Positions 42,114-55,207 of a stretch of DNA of 64,000 nucleotides are shown piece after piece. The translations under genes and the position numbers were made by a program. The first letter of the stretch is position 1. Each line of letters opens with the position of its first letter. A model generated the notes under the pieces. It did no database searches. It was not told the origin of the DNA and was given only the letters and a program-made list of their open reading frames with translations. Source of the DNA: Octopus vulgaris (taxonomy: Eukaryota); the NCBI GenBank assembly GCA_951406725.2, contig OX597821.1, positions 57,598,001 through 57,662,000 of the forward strand, given 5' to 3'.

Positions 42114-42510
42114 CTTTTCTACTCTAGGCACAAGGCACGACGTTTTGGGAGAGGGAGACAGTCGATTAGATCGACCCCAGTACGCAACTGATACTTAATT
42201 TATCGACCTCGAAAGGATGAGAGGCAAAGTCGACCTCGGCGGAATTTGAACACAGAACGTAAAGACAAACGAAATACCTATTTCTTTACTACCCACAAGG
42301 GGCTAAACACAGAGAGGACAGAACAAGGACAGACAGACGGATTAAATCGATTATATCGACCCCAGTGCGTAACTGGTACTTATTTAATCGACCCCAAAAG
42401 GATGAAAGGCAAAGTCGACCTCGGCGAAATTTGAACTCAGAACGTAACGGCAGACGAAATACCGCTAAGCATTTCGCCCGGCGTGCTAACGTTTCAGCCA
42501 GCTCGCCGCC
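42114..42510 (-). mobile_element. SINE family 2, full length, with 18-bp TSD
   Basis: Head GGCGGCGAGCTGGCTGAAACGTTAGC...GAGTTCAAATT. TSD TTACATATAATAAATATT at 42096-42113 and 42511-42528. Other copies about 10985-11185(+), 25770-25960(-), 27590-27780(-), 42970-43140(+), 50679-50890(+), 55760-55960(-), 57619-57832(+). Confidence 0.9.
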
Positions 42511-42528
42511 TTACATATAATAAATATT

Positions 42529-42825
42529 GTTTGTTCCTTCTCGAGCTATACCTAGCTCATAAGGGCCGGTTTCCCGATTTCCTTAGCGTATAGGTTCCCC
42601 ACCTGGACGGGAAACCGGTCTGTCGCAGGTGAGCTGCAAGATGCAGGAAGGAAGAGTGAAAGTTGTGGCGAAAGAGTCAGCAGAAGTTCGCCATTACCTT
42701 CTGCCGGAGCCGCGTAGAGCTGAGGTGTTTCGCTCATAAAGACACACATCGCCTGGTCTGAGATTCGAACCCGCGATCCTTCAACCGCGAGTCTGCTGCT
42801 ATAACCACTAGGCCATGTGCCTCCA
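42529..42825 (-). mobile_element. SINE family 3, full length, with 12-bp TSD
   Basis: A box TGGCCTAGTGG and B box GGTTCGAATC on the minus strand. TSD ATAATAAATATT at 42517-42528 and 42827-42838. Confidence 0.88.
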
Positions 42826-44055
42826 CATAATAAATATTATTATTTATATTTTCAAGCTTGTTACAGCCCACAAAAAACAAAGCATGGAGCAGTCAGATGA
42901 TATCGTTAAGATACGCGCTAGTATAAACTTGCATACAGTACTGCACACTCCAGTAAGATGCGAGCTGATAGAATCGGTAGCATGCTTTACGTTCTGAGTT
43001 CAAATTCCGCCGAGGTTGATTTTGCCTTTCATCCTTTCGGGGTCGATAAACCAAGTACCTGTTGCGTACTGGGGTTGATCTAATCGACTGGCTCCCAACC
43101 CCAAATTTTCTGGCCTTGTGCCTAGAGTAGAAAAGAATCGTTAGCGCTCTGGACAAAATGCTTAGCGACATTTCACCCGTCTTTACGTTGTGAGTTGCCT
43201 TTCATCCTTTCGGGTCGATAACATAAGTACCAGGTGAATACTGGGGTCGACATAATCAACTATAATTCTTGCTGGCCTTGTGCCAAAATTTGACATCAAT
43301 ATTGTACACTCCAGTGTGTGTGTGTATGTGTGTGTACGTACGTACGTATGTATGTATGTATGTATGTATGTATGTATGTATGTATGTATGTATGTATGTG
43401 CATAACTATGTATGTACGTACATATATACATATTTATTTATATGTGTTTATGTGATACTTACTTTAGTTCGAATAAACGAGGCACAGATCGAGGAAGACA
43501 GAAAGAAAAAATAGAGGGGAAAAACAAGGGAGAGAATAAAAATGGATGGAGAAAGAGGAGAGTAAAGGCTGAAAGAATGTATCGGGAAGATGAAGGGAGA
43601 GAGAGAAAGAAAGAGAGAGAGAGAGAGCAAATAATTATTAAAAAGAGGAAAAAAACAGAGAGAGAGGGGTGGTGGTGAAAGATTGAGAGGGAAGAAATGA
43701 GGTATAAGAGGAAGAAGAATCCTTAAGGAAGACTTTGGGAGAAAGAAGATGAAAGGAGGGGGACTAGAAAGAAAGGGAAGTGTGTACAAAGTCTCGAGTC
43801 CTATGACTCACAGGGACGTTTACCTGATTTCCAAGATGTATAAGTAACGAAGATCACAACATTACCCTGAATAGGACGCAGTCTGTCGTAGATTTACTCA
43901 TTTACAGCTGAGTGAAGTTTTGGTATTCGAAACCAAAATCTTGCAATCGTGAGAGCAACACCCTAACCACTAAGTCACAATGTGTACAAAGAAGAAAGAC
44001 AAAGATACAAGGGTGGGGGAAGAGAGAGAGAGAGAGAGAGAAAGAAAGAAAATAC

Positions 44056-44272
44056 CTTTGTTACATCTTTTTGATTAGTCCACTCGGGGTTCTCCTGCGT
44101 GCCGTGTCCTAATTTTCGGATGAACAAACAGACCCGGGCGTAACAGACAGAGATGATTAGGAGCGGAATTAGAAAACAAACGACGAATATGGTTGTTATG
44201 TAGGTAGTCATACTGTGGTCACGTGACTCCCAGTCCACTGCGCATGCTATTCCACCGGCTTCTTCGGCATAT
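44056..44272 (-). CDS. RRH: Peropsin-type opsin, internal exon (ECL2-TM5-ICL3)
   Basis: Acceptor ttccctag|A TAT GCC, 217 nt (1 nt + 72 codons): YAEEAGGIACAVDWESRDHSMTTYITTIFVVCFLIPLLIISVCYARVCLFIRKLGHGTQENPEWTNQKDVTK, donor AAG|gtattt. E181 and C187 equivalents are present. The joined WxxQxDVTK|M sequence is typical of peropsins. Splices in frame over an intron of about 9.2 kb. Confidence 0.9.
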
Positions 44273-46863
44273 CTAGGGAAAACAATACGGTATACATAAA
44301 CTCAAGGCCCATTGAAAAATCATTGAATTATACAACAAAATAATTCGTTTATTAATATCAGAAAGTAAATTTCGCACTTCAATTAATTTTAGAAAACGAA
44401 TTTGGCACTTCAATTAGTTAATTAGTAAGTTGCAACTAAATAGATGGCCACCATCCTTTCACCTGTCCAGCATGGGAAACCTTGCCAAGAACTTGTACAC
44501 AGCTGAAATAACGCTCAGGATCACTGAAGCACAGTGGCCGCCATGCAGCAACAGGGGCTGGATCTTTTGGTGGTTTATATAATTTAAGCTGAAATGAAAA
44601 TTTTTGAATTTCGTATTTTGATAATACCGACGGTCACCAGGATAACAAGTATATTCACGAAGTTGATAAGTAAAACAAAATTTGAAGAAGCACAAGAAAT
44701 TTTGGCATCAAACCAAAGCGTTTCTTTTCTCGAAGTTGACACAATATATCATATGTCGACATAATTCCAATCAACAACGAAGTAATTCTGTATTTCTGAT
44801 CTTCGCTGACCGCTATTTGCTGAAAAATTAAAGATACAATTCTCACCCCAGACTCTTCGTTTTTCGGTTGAGTTTCTTGTTTGACGTAAGTCCTTTTATT
44901 CTAATAACATCTTTCCTCAAACTGCAGGAACTCATTACAATTGTCTTGTTTCCCTCTGGTCTATGATATTCAGTTTTTTAAGATTTCTATCAATCAATAT
45001 CTTTTGAATGTGCAGGACTTATTCTTTACTTTATCGCTTATGCTATAATGGCCTCGGGTCTTGTTTGGGACAAAACTATATGAAAAACAAGCAACTGTTT
45101 GACCTATTAATAGTTGAAAATACTTTGCAAAAAACCTATGTCACCACTTTCTGACCCTTCCTATAATGGCTACAGTCACTCTTTACATCGACGGGTGTTT
45201 CTGTTCATGAGTAGTTAATACCTTTGAAATTTAAGTTAGAGAACGATTCTTTCCTAGCAATTATATATGATCAACTGAGAGTGTTTCAGACCCATTAATT
45301 GTTCATAGTGTATCATTAAGAGCTCGAAATGCAACACTTAACATTTTGAAGGGCGATGAGAAATTCATAATAGCGAGCTTACTTTATCATAACTATGTGA
45401 AACCAACCAGAAAATGTAGAACATTCAGGACAACGTTGTTCCCAAGTGCCTCTGTTTTTCTCACTATAGAGTAGCTGAACAAAAATTGTATCCCAGAAAA
45501 TGGATAGTTCACATGTTATAAATGCACTCATTTTCACTTAGATTAAAGTGAGAGCTTTATTAAACTTATCGAAATTTTGTTTATGTTCTTCAATAGAGGT
45601 TCCACGTACAATACTGACATTAACATATACTAATGTTGAATTTAGATCACTTACACGAATATGTTATCAATTAATTTCTAAGAAATGAAACACTATTAAG
45701 CTCACTCTTTGACCTAATTTACATCACCTCCAAATATCGTAAAGGCAAGATCAGTAATATATTGAGTAAAGTAAAGTGCAAGCTTTTTGTAATCTACTGT
45801 ATCATTTCTTCCTTCACTGAATCTAATAGTTACAAACTTAGTGTTGGCATCTACTATATAAGATGGTCAGGTTCATGATATGTTTTCAGTTGGCGAATAT
45901 ATTTCCTCAAGAAAATATTTCAAATATTTCTCCTAGGCATTCTCTGAACAGTTTGTGATCCACTATTTGAATCACGCTTTTAGAAAAAAAAGAATAAATC
46001 ATTTATTTGGTATGCAGTAAGTCGCTGTTAGTGAAAGAGATTTCATCGAATGTAAGGCTCCGGGAGAAATAATTCCCATTTGGATATACGGAGATTGTCA
46101 AACTTCAACGAATCGTTTTTCACAAGGCTATTTAAGTTTCACGCATTGACTAATGCCTTTGAACAGTATGTAATACAACGCCATTGATTTATTCCCAAGT
46201 CTGATAAGAATTAGAGACTTACAGACTTTAATTGAGATCTTCGGTTACTATGCTTACAAGTTGAATTACTGTCTAACTTTCATGAGTTGACATATATGAT
46301 TTGCTGAGAACCTTGTTTTAAATACAAATTCTTGTTTGAATTATATTTTGAGATGTTATTTACTGAAATTGAAAGGGAAAATAAGAGATAAATACAAGGA
46401 GTCAGTTGGTTAACAATTTGTGAACAAACTACCTCCATTCTTAGTTTTTTATATATATATATATTCCAGAAAACGGTGGCACGTCAAAGTAAACTACTGG
46501 CCTCTCTTGTGACCCTTTTTAATAAAGGGTTGGATTTCCCCGAAATAGATATCTTTTCATTTTTTGAAATAAAATCAACTGAAAATAATTATAAGTTTAT
46601 AATTTTATCAAAAACTTTAACAATATGAGGATAGTTTATTAGTAATGTAGTTAGACCCAGACTTTTTGAGTGTCATTAAATTTTGTTCCAGAATTAAAGC
46701 TGCACAATAGCGTCTTCGAAGTTTGATATTACAATAATTTTTGTCTTTAAGAGCAACACCACAAAAATATATACACAGATCATAGATACATGCATGCATA
46801 TACATGCATGTATGCATGTATGCATGTATGTATGTACGCATGCATGTATGTACGTACGTATGT

Positions 46864-46924
<61 letters not shown>

Positions 46925-47890
46925 GATGCTTTTCAATTCTCTATTGTTCTATTATACGAGATCTTAGCTCCTCCTTTCTTTTTCCTTTCAGGTCATGTCT
47001 ATCAGTAAGCAGGTGTTTTTCCCCATTCCTTGATTATTATGTCTGGGCGATTGGCTTTTATTTCTATGTCGGTTTCAACAGGCATATTCTAGATGACTGT
47101 GGCCAGGTCGTTATCTTGTACCTTGTTTGGCGCCTGTTTATACTATTTATTGTCAGTTTTTATGTTATAGTGCTGGCATATTGTCAAGTGGATGTAACTA
47201 CTTACTCGGTCGTATCTGTATGTATATATTCAGATTTGGCTGCGACTGGCCAACCGGAGATGATGCGGTCAACTGTCTCATTGTGATCGTTGCACATTCT
47301 CCATTGGGTGTTAGGTCCTGTTTTCATTATTTTTCATTATTTTGTCAAACATTGGTCTTATGCAGCGAGAATCAGTCCTTGCGTTTCAGCTTTTAGTCCA
47401 GAGCTTTTGCGACATCGTTGGTTTTTACTCAGGCTCACTTCATATCTGTCAAGCCTAACAGAGCATTGGTCATGTAGTGATATTTTTTCTCCATTTCTTT
47501 TGTTTAGTTTGTTTTGTAATTCTGTTTCCATGTTATTTTTGTCTCTTTGGCTATTTCTACAATGTTGTCATCTGAGGTCAGTGTATCAGTGTAGTTTGTT
47601 TCTCATGTATTTTGTCACCTCCTAGAGCTTTCTTTTCTCGTATTGCTATATTACATGCAGTAGCCTTCCACTTTTGGTTTGTAAGGACTTTTCTAGTCGA
47701 ACTGTTATCATTTTACAATAGTCCTCTATTTGTATCAGGCCACGGCTTCCTTCTAAGCTGGGTAGATAGATTGTGTCTGCGCCTGCTTTGTGGTGGTGAC
47801 TTCGGTATGCTGATGCTGTCAATAGTTTTTTGGGATTTCTATCTAAGTTTCTTAATTCACTGATCTTCCAGTTTATTATACTGATGCTTT
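46925..47890 (-). mobile_element. Degraded R4/Dong-type RLE LINE fragment (zinc knuckle and endonuclease)
   Basis: Minus strand reads ..CNDHNETVDRIISG...RYDRVSSYIHLTICQHYNI...IKANRPDIII..CLLIDMT with stops and frameshifts. Confidence 0.78.
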
Positions 47891-47891
47891 A

Positions 47892-47948
<57 letters not shown>

Positions 47949-47956
47949 CATTATCA

Positions 47957-48378
<422 letters not shown>

Positions 48379-48380
<2 letters not shown>

Positions 48381-49072
48381 TATGTTTGACTTTTGCTTTA
48401 TATTTGTACAAGTTGGCTCCAAGTCTCACCCAGAGACCTCAAGAGACAACAGGGTTGGAAGTTCATGTTGTTGTTATGCCTAGTGTGCCATATATTTGGG
48501 GGGTGGGGATGTTGTACTAATGAATGTCTAAAAAGAAAAAAAAAAGGTTTTTTTTTTTTTTTTTTTTAAACCGAAAATTATGTTTGTTTTAAACCTTGAG
48601 ATTACATAGAGAGTATTTTGCGTAGGATATGAGCAGTTCCCATGAGCACTATCTTTTGAACTTCTGCCATTTTTGGGTTTCCTGGTATCTGAGTTAGGTA
48701 GCTATCAGCCCCTTTTGCTATCATTCCCAGGGCACCTATGACAACAGGTATTGTTTTAGTCTTCAGCTTCCACATTTTGCTGATTTCTATTTCAAGATCT
48801 TTATATTTGCTCAGTTTTTGGTAGGTCTTGACAGATACGTTTATATCGATTGGGACAGTCATATCAATGAGGAGGCATGTTCTTTGTTTGAAGTTTTTCA
48901 ATATGATGTCTGGCCTATTTGCATCTATCTTCCTGTCAGTTTGAATGGTGAAGTTCCAGAGGAGTGAGATGTGGTCATTTTCAAGCACTGGGGGTGGTTT
49001 GTGTTCCCACCAGTTTTTTTCATGGGGCAAATCCAGGTTTTTACAGATTACCCAGTGAATATATTGTGCATA
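48379..49072 (-). mobile_element. 5'-truncated R4/Dong-type LINE 3' end (restriction-like endonuclease domain and 3'UTR) in (TAA)n
   Basis: YIHWVICKNLDL...LLWNFTIQTDRKIDANRPDIILKN..CLLIDMTVP...KLSKYKDLEIEISKMW...VIGALG...GTAHILRKILSM*: intact PD-(D/E)xK-type RLE. Flanked on both sides by (ATT)n. Confidence 0.92.
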
Positions 49073-49213
<141 letters not shown>

Positions 49214-49221
49214 CATTATTA

Positions 49222-49408
49222 TTTCTTATCACAGGTTTTGTTGGAGCCCCTGGAGTCTCGCATGCGTAGCAGGTTTGCTGCCTGCAACCTACGGTGCCAT
49301 GCTAATCCGTTCTTTACAGCTATCCAATACTTTCCTGATTATTCTGGCCGTGCCAAGGAGGCAAACATTTTGTAACAGTTTTACTGGGCACTCTATTCCA
49401 ATTTCCTG
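49222..49408 (-). mobile_element. Short 3' end of a second R4/Dong-type subfamily
   Basis: Minus strand EIGIECPVKLLQNVCLLGTARIIRKVLDSC*, then a short UTR ending in (TAA)n. Confidence 0.72.
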
Positions 49409-49424
49409 TTGTTGTTGTTGTTGT

Positions 49425-49504
<80 letters not shown>

Positions 49505-51961
49505 TACTAGATCAGTTACCTTTGAGTAACCTTTTTTCCGGTAATGACAAAGAGATTTCTTGGCAGAGTAATTTTGTCAATTATTAATCTTACTACTCCA
49601 ACAGAAGTGTTTATAATCGTTCCTAATCGTTGATAGATGAAAGGAGTCATTACAATTAAGTTGATAACGTTATGCAGGCTGTGAAACCACATTTTATAAT
49701 AATTGTGTCGATTAGGAATTATCTAGATTAGCTTTCATCCGGGCCCCTTCTAATTCTAGAGCTGTTGTATTGTATCATCTGACGCGTGTTCACTATTTCC
49801 AACTAATCTTTGTCACACACAGTTTTTTTTTTTTTTTTTGCAAAACTGTAATAACGGCAACTCGTGTGGTTTCTTCACAATATTTAATGGCGGTGGCAAT
49901 CTCGACTTAAAAGTAGCAAGGTATAAATGAAGCCTGTGATGATTCCTGACGCTTGCTGCTTAAAATCTCCTAATAAATGGTGACAAAAAAATAAAAGACT
50001 ACATTTTCTTCATTTAATGAAAAAAAACTCATTTAATAATCCGCTCAGTAAAGCTGTTACTTGATGTAATATTTCTGTGGCAATATAGTTAATAACTACG
50101 AATTTCATCTCCACCATTATTGTGACTACTTAAGAATTTGAAACTCACAATAGCACAGTGGCCGCTTTGCCCCGAGATAGCAAATAGCAAATCAGATGGG
50201 TATGAGTCAGAGTTAGACAGAAGAATACAGAATATAATGAAATATCCTTCTTATAAGCTGCTTTTAATTATCTTGTCTTGTAGTCATATGTTAGTGCTTT
50301 ATTTTGATACAGTCTGGGTGAGGTACCTTGTAAGTATCGAAGATTTTAATGTATCGATGAGTAATAAACCAGCAAATAATTTTCGGTAATCGGTCCGCGC
50401 CATGCTAAAGTTATTTTTCTTTTTTTTATTGTTGAATAGTAACCTGGTTCATTAACAGCGGCTCTTTGCAGGTGTGCATCACTTTCTGGTACCCTTTCAG
50501 CGTCTTTCGTTACATATCATTATTGTCCAGGTGTATAATGGTGCTGTTGTAAAGTATGGATTACCTTTTTATGATAAGTTGCAGTAAGTTATACATCTGT
50601 AGATTTGAAGGCTGCTAATTTTACTTTGGAGAACTAATGTTCTTCCTCTCTAGCAGCTATTCTATCAGTTGATAATAAGGCGGCGAGCTGGCAGAATCGT
50701 TAGCACACCGGGCGAAATGCTTAACAGTATTTCGTCTGTCGCTACGTTCTGCGTTCAAATTCCGCCGAGATCGACTTTGCCTTTTATTCTTTCGAGGTCG
50801 ATGAAATAAGTACCAGTTACACACTGAGGTCGATGTAATCAACTAGTCCCCTTCCCCCAAAATTTTCAAGACCTTGTGCCTAGAATAGAAAGAAAGAAAT
50901 AATTAACGACGCTCTGCTTACCAACTCATAGAATGTTACTTTATATCCATAGATACTGGTCAAATGCTTTTCCGGAAATTGGAGTCCTTTTCAGCACAAG
51001 AGGCTTTCTTTCATTGCAGTTCTTCATGTGCTCTTACGAGTTCTTTGCTAGATTTGCTGATCGTGCTTGCAATGCTTTCGGTAATTTTCCTTTTCCTTTC
51101 CACAGTTCTTCATTCTTATTAAAATTTGGATTCCACATTCCATCCCAATATTCTTGATTTTCCTTTAATTTTATCTATTTTTGTAGGTGCTCATGTAAAA
51201 AAAAGTTTGGCATTTAAAAAATAGTATCACATATGAAATCCTGAAATCCACACTAGTTCTTCACTGGCACCTTTTCTCCTGAAATTTCTTTACTCTCGTC
51301 GACTACGGTCGTCCAAATTGTTATTACTGCTTAGAAGAGGTAACCAAGCAATTAATAAATAAGTCACCCTCGTTTTTCACCGCAATCTGTCCCAATAATC
51401 GTTTGTTAAATATGTTTTGAAAACAATTTTAAAACTGCCAGTGTAGATTTGAAGAAGCCCCTGACATAGGAGATATCCTGTCCGTCTTTCCCTCCTACCT
51501 GTGTATTAATACACAGCTGGCCCCAAACAGATTTACTTGTCGGTCCTATACTTTCTAAAAACGAAGAAAACATTGGAGCCATCTTACACACGAACAACAG
51601 TATCTCCACTGCTTCTAGTAGAGCAATGTGAAGGTAGAGTTACGAATGTCAATGCTTCTGATATCTCAACCACTAAATTCGCTATAAAAGCAACAACGCG
51701 ATAAACAACAGAAATGGAAATACTGCCATGGAAAAAGAAAAGAAGATCTATGGACAGTGTCCTTCCCTCCTTGAGGAAACGGTAACATAATGAAACTACT
51801 CCGTTCGGTTAAAGCAGTGTTACTGCTGAATTTTTTGTAGTTGGTGGCGGTCATGTAAGTAGTGACATAGCGTCTCATAGGCTCCTATAACTTGGCTATT
51901 CAGCGCACACATTACCATCTATGTAATTTTATATTTCATATTTCTGGACATTCGTACACAC

Positions 51962-52010
<49 letters not shown>

Positions 52011-52331
52011 TATTGTTTGCGTACGTGCGTGCACGCGTGTATTTTGCGTTGTTTGTTTCGTGTATTTTATCTCTTTCTAGTTTCAATCATTGGATTGTGA
52101 TCATACTGGAGTGCCGATTTCTATGGATTTAGTCGAACAAATCCACATTACTTGATTTTCCTTTTTTCTCAGTCTCATATCCATTGTGTCGGTTGCGACC
52201 TGCTAAGTTAGAGGACGTAAAAACAGTTGTCTAACTGTCGTGGGGCGACAAACACAGAAAGACACACATATAAACGTACACATGCACGCACACACATACA
52301 CATACAAACATGCACACACACATACACATTC

Positions 52332-52440
52332 ATCACCTGATGAGATGATACATCTGCACCACCGGATGCTCCTGAACCAGTTGTTGAGTGTCCCACCCTA
52401 GAGGAATTGATGCTAGATGTATCGAAACAATTGTCGTGAT
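52332..52440 (+). ncRNA. Type-I hammerhead ribozyme with long stem-II extension
   Basis: Stem I ATCAC/GTGAT; CTGATGA 52337-52343; stem II GATACATCT-GCA...TGC-T-AGATGTATC; GAAA 52424-52427; palindromic stem III A-CAATTG-T; canonical GUC triplet. Followed by AATAAA and (TA)n. Confidence 0.82.
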
Positions 52441-52481
52441 TAACAATAAATTCTCGTATATTCCATCTTCTGTCTTTTATT

Positions 52482-52580
<99 letters not shown>

Positions 52581-52981
52581 CACACACACACACACACAAG
52601 AGAGGCTTCCGAGAAATTTCTGTTTACCAAATTTCTTCACAAGGCATTTGTCGATCCGGGCCTATAGTAGAATATATTTGCTCAAGGTGCCGCGCAGTGG
52701 AACGCAACTCGAAAGCATGTAGTTGCAGAACAAACTTCGCAGTCACATAGCTATGCCTTCGCCTGTCTGCAATATATGCATACTCTTTTACCCTTTACTC
52801 TTTTACTTGTTTCAGTCATGTGACTGTGGCCATGCTGGAGCACCGCATTTAGTCGAGCAAATCGACCCCAGGACTTATTCTTTGTAAGCCTAGTACTTAT
52901 TCTAGCGGTCTCTTTTGCTGAACCGCTAAGTTAAGGGGACGTAAACACACCAGCATCGGTTGTCAAGCGAAGTTGGGGGGA

Positions 52982-53039
<58 letters not shown>

Positions 53040-53730
53040 TTCCGTCTACCTTATCCACTCACAAGGCTTTGGTAGTCCCGAGGTCGTAGTAGAAGACACT
53101 TGCTCAAGGTGCCACGCAGTGGGACTGAACCCGGAACCATGTGTGCACAATATATTTTGTGTGTGTATGTATTTTGTTTGGTGTATATGACTGAGTGTAC
53201 TATGTAGTGTGTGTGTGTGTATAATATATTTTTTATGTGTACAGATTTTTACAATACAGCTGTTTGAATGTATGTTTGTATTGCGTGTGCGCTATGTATT
53301 TCGCATATGCATATGTGTGCATTCTGCGTTGCGTATCTGCAATATATTTTTTGTGTGTATGTTTTATTGTGTGTGTATACGTTTTATTGCCTGTGAATAT
53401 CTGTGTGTATTACATGTTGAATGTGCACATTTGATGTCGTGTGAGTACACGTGTGTACGAATGTGCAGGTTATGTTGTGTGTATTCGTTTTATTACTATG
53501 TATGTGTATATATGTAGGGATTATACACAAGTATTATTTTTGAATATTCGGTTAAAATTTAATTCTAAGTTTATTTATAGACGAACATAAGCACTTGCGC
53601 GTGTGTATGTGTGTTTGAATATGTACGTTTTGAAGATTTTCTATCCCATTTGTGCAAAGCGAATTTCTTAAATACAGTCAAGCCTCAGTGTGTATATATA
53701 CGAATACATATATATATATATGTATATATT

Positions 53731-53778
<48 letters not shown>

Positions 53779-54816
53779 TGTTTACATCACCGCTTGACAA
53801 CCGGTGCTGGTGCGCTTGTGTCCCTATAACCTAGTGGTTGGGCTAAAGATTCCGATAGAATAAGTACTAGCCTAAAGAAATAAGTCCTCGGGTCGATTAG
53901 GCGGTGATCCAGCGTGGCCGCAGTCAAATGACTTAATCAAGTTAAAGGATAAAATAATATATACACAGGTCTGCAGCCTTAACACCTCACCACTTACACC
54001 ACCACCACCACTAGCAACAAAAAACAACAACAATGCCTCGAGCGAAGAAAACATCATTTGTTTTCTTTAACCTTTTTGTCAAAGAAAGAAGCGTGTAGCC
54101 CATGAACTTTTATTTTTTCCAGAACCTCCAAGACTTGGGAGGAGGAAGAGAGAAAGATCCCCTCAAACTGAGAACCTATCCCAAATGCTTGCAGCAGAAT
54201 GACTCCATTCGAGGAACCCAAGTTCCGTGTGATGATGTGAAACCGGACGATGAATTAAGTCAGCGACTTGAACACAAAAATAGAACGAATACGTCGAGGC
54301 GTCGCGCACAGCGCTCAAATTCTGTCACTCAGTCGGCCTGGAATTTATCTCATTACAGAAGGAGGTATCGTATCTTTCGTGCTACAGGTACTTGAGGTAG
54401 TAGCGTATATCTGCTGTTTGTAAATCATATCTTGTTTTTCGAGCCCTGAGACTGCTTAATCGGTTTCTATGGCGTATAAATGACCGAGGTGACAACATTG
54501 CGCCTAAATGCTTTCAAATCCAACGTTTGAAAGTCATGATGAAATGACAGGATTGGATTTTCATGTAATATCATATGCAATCGAACAATAGCTTTTGTAT
54601 ATACATTCCAGCATTTTAAATCGATCCATCTGTTATTGTAACGATCGTAACAGGTTAATAAATGTCATATCAATATCTTCCTACATACATACATACATAC
54701 ATACATATGTGCGTGTATATATATGTATATGTATATATATGTATATGTATATATATGTAAATATATATATAATATATATATACATACATATGTCCGTGTA
54801 TATTTATGTATATGTA

Positions 54817-54899
<83 letters not shown>

Positions 54900-55156
54900 G
54901 CATACAGATATAAACACATAAGCATGTATATGGAAGTACACACGTGTAGTGTGTGTGTGTGTTGTACGTTCAGTAACTTAATCTATATAGTATCTGCAAC
55001 AAATATACCAATACTGAAAAATGTACACACGTTTGAAAATTTGCACGCTAACCGATATATGAAAGAAATATATACTTTGATGTGTGCCAAATCAAATGTC
55101 TATAATTTCTTAAAGAAATATTCATTAATCTAAGAGAAAACGCAGAAAATCACACA

Positions 55157-55207
<51 letters not shown>

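Noticed and set aside
44459-44695. Minus-strand ORF ending at a possible donor just upstream of the opsin exon, considered as the TM4 exon
   Set aside because: No frame gives a TM4-like W..P..GW sequence. I found no TM1-TM4 opsin exon anywhere in 44273-64000.
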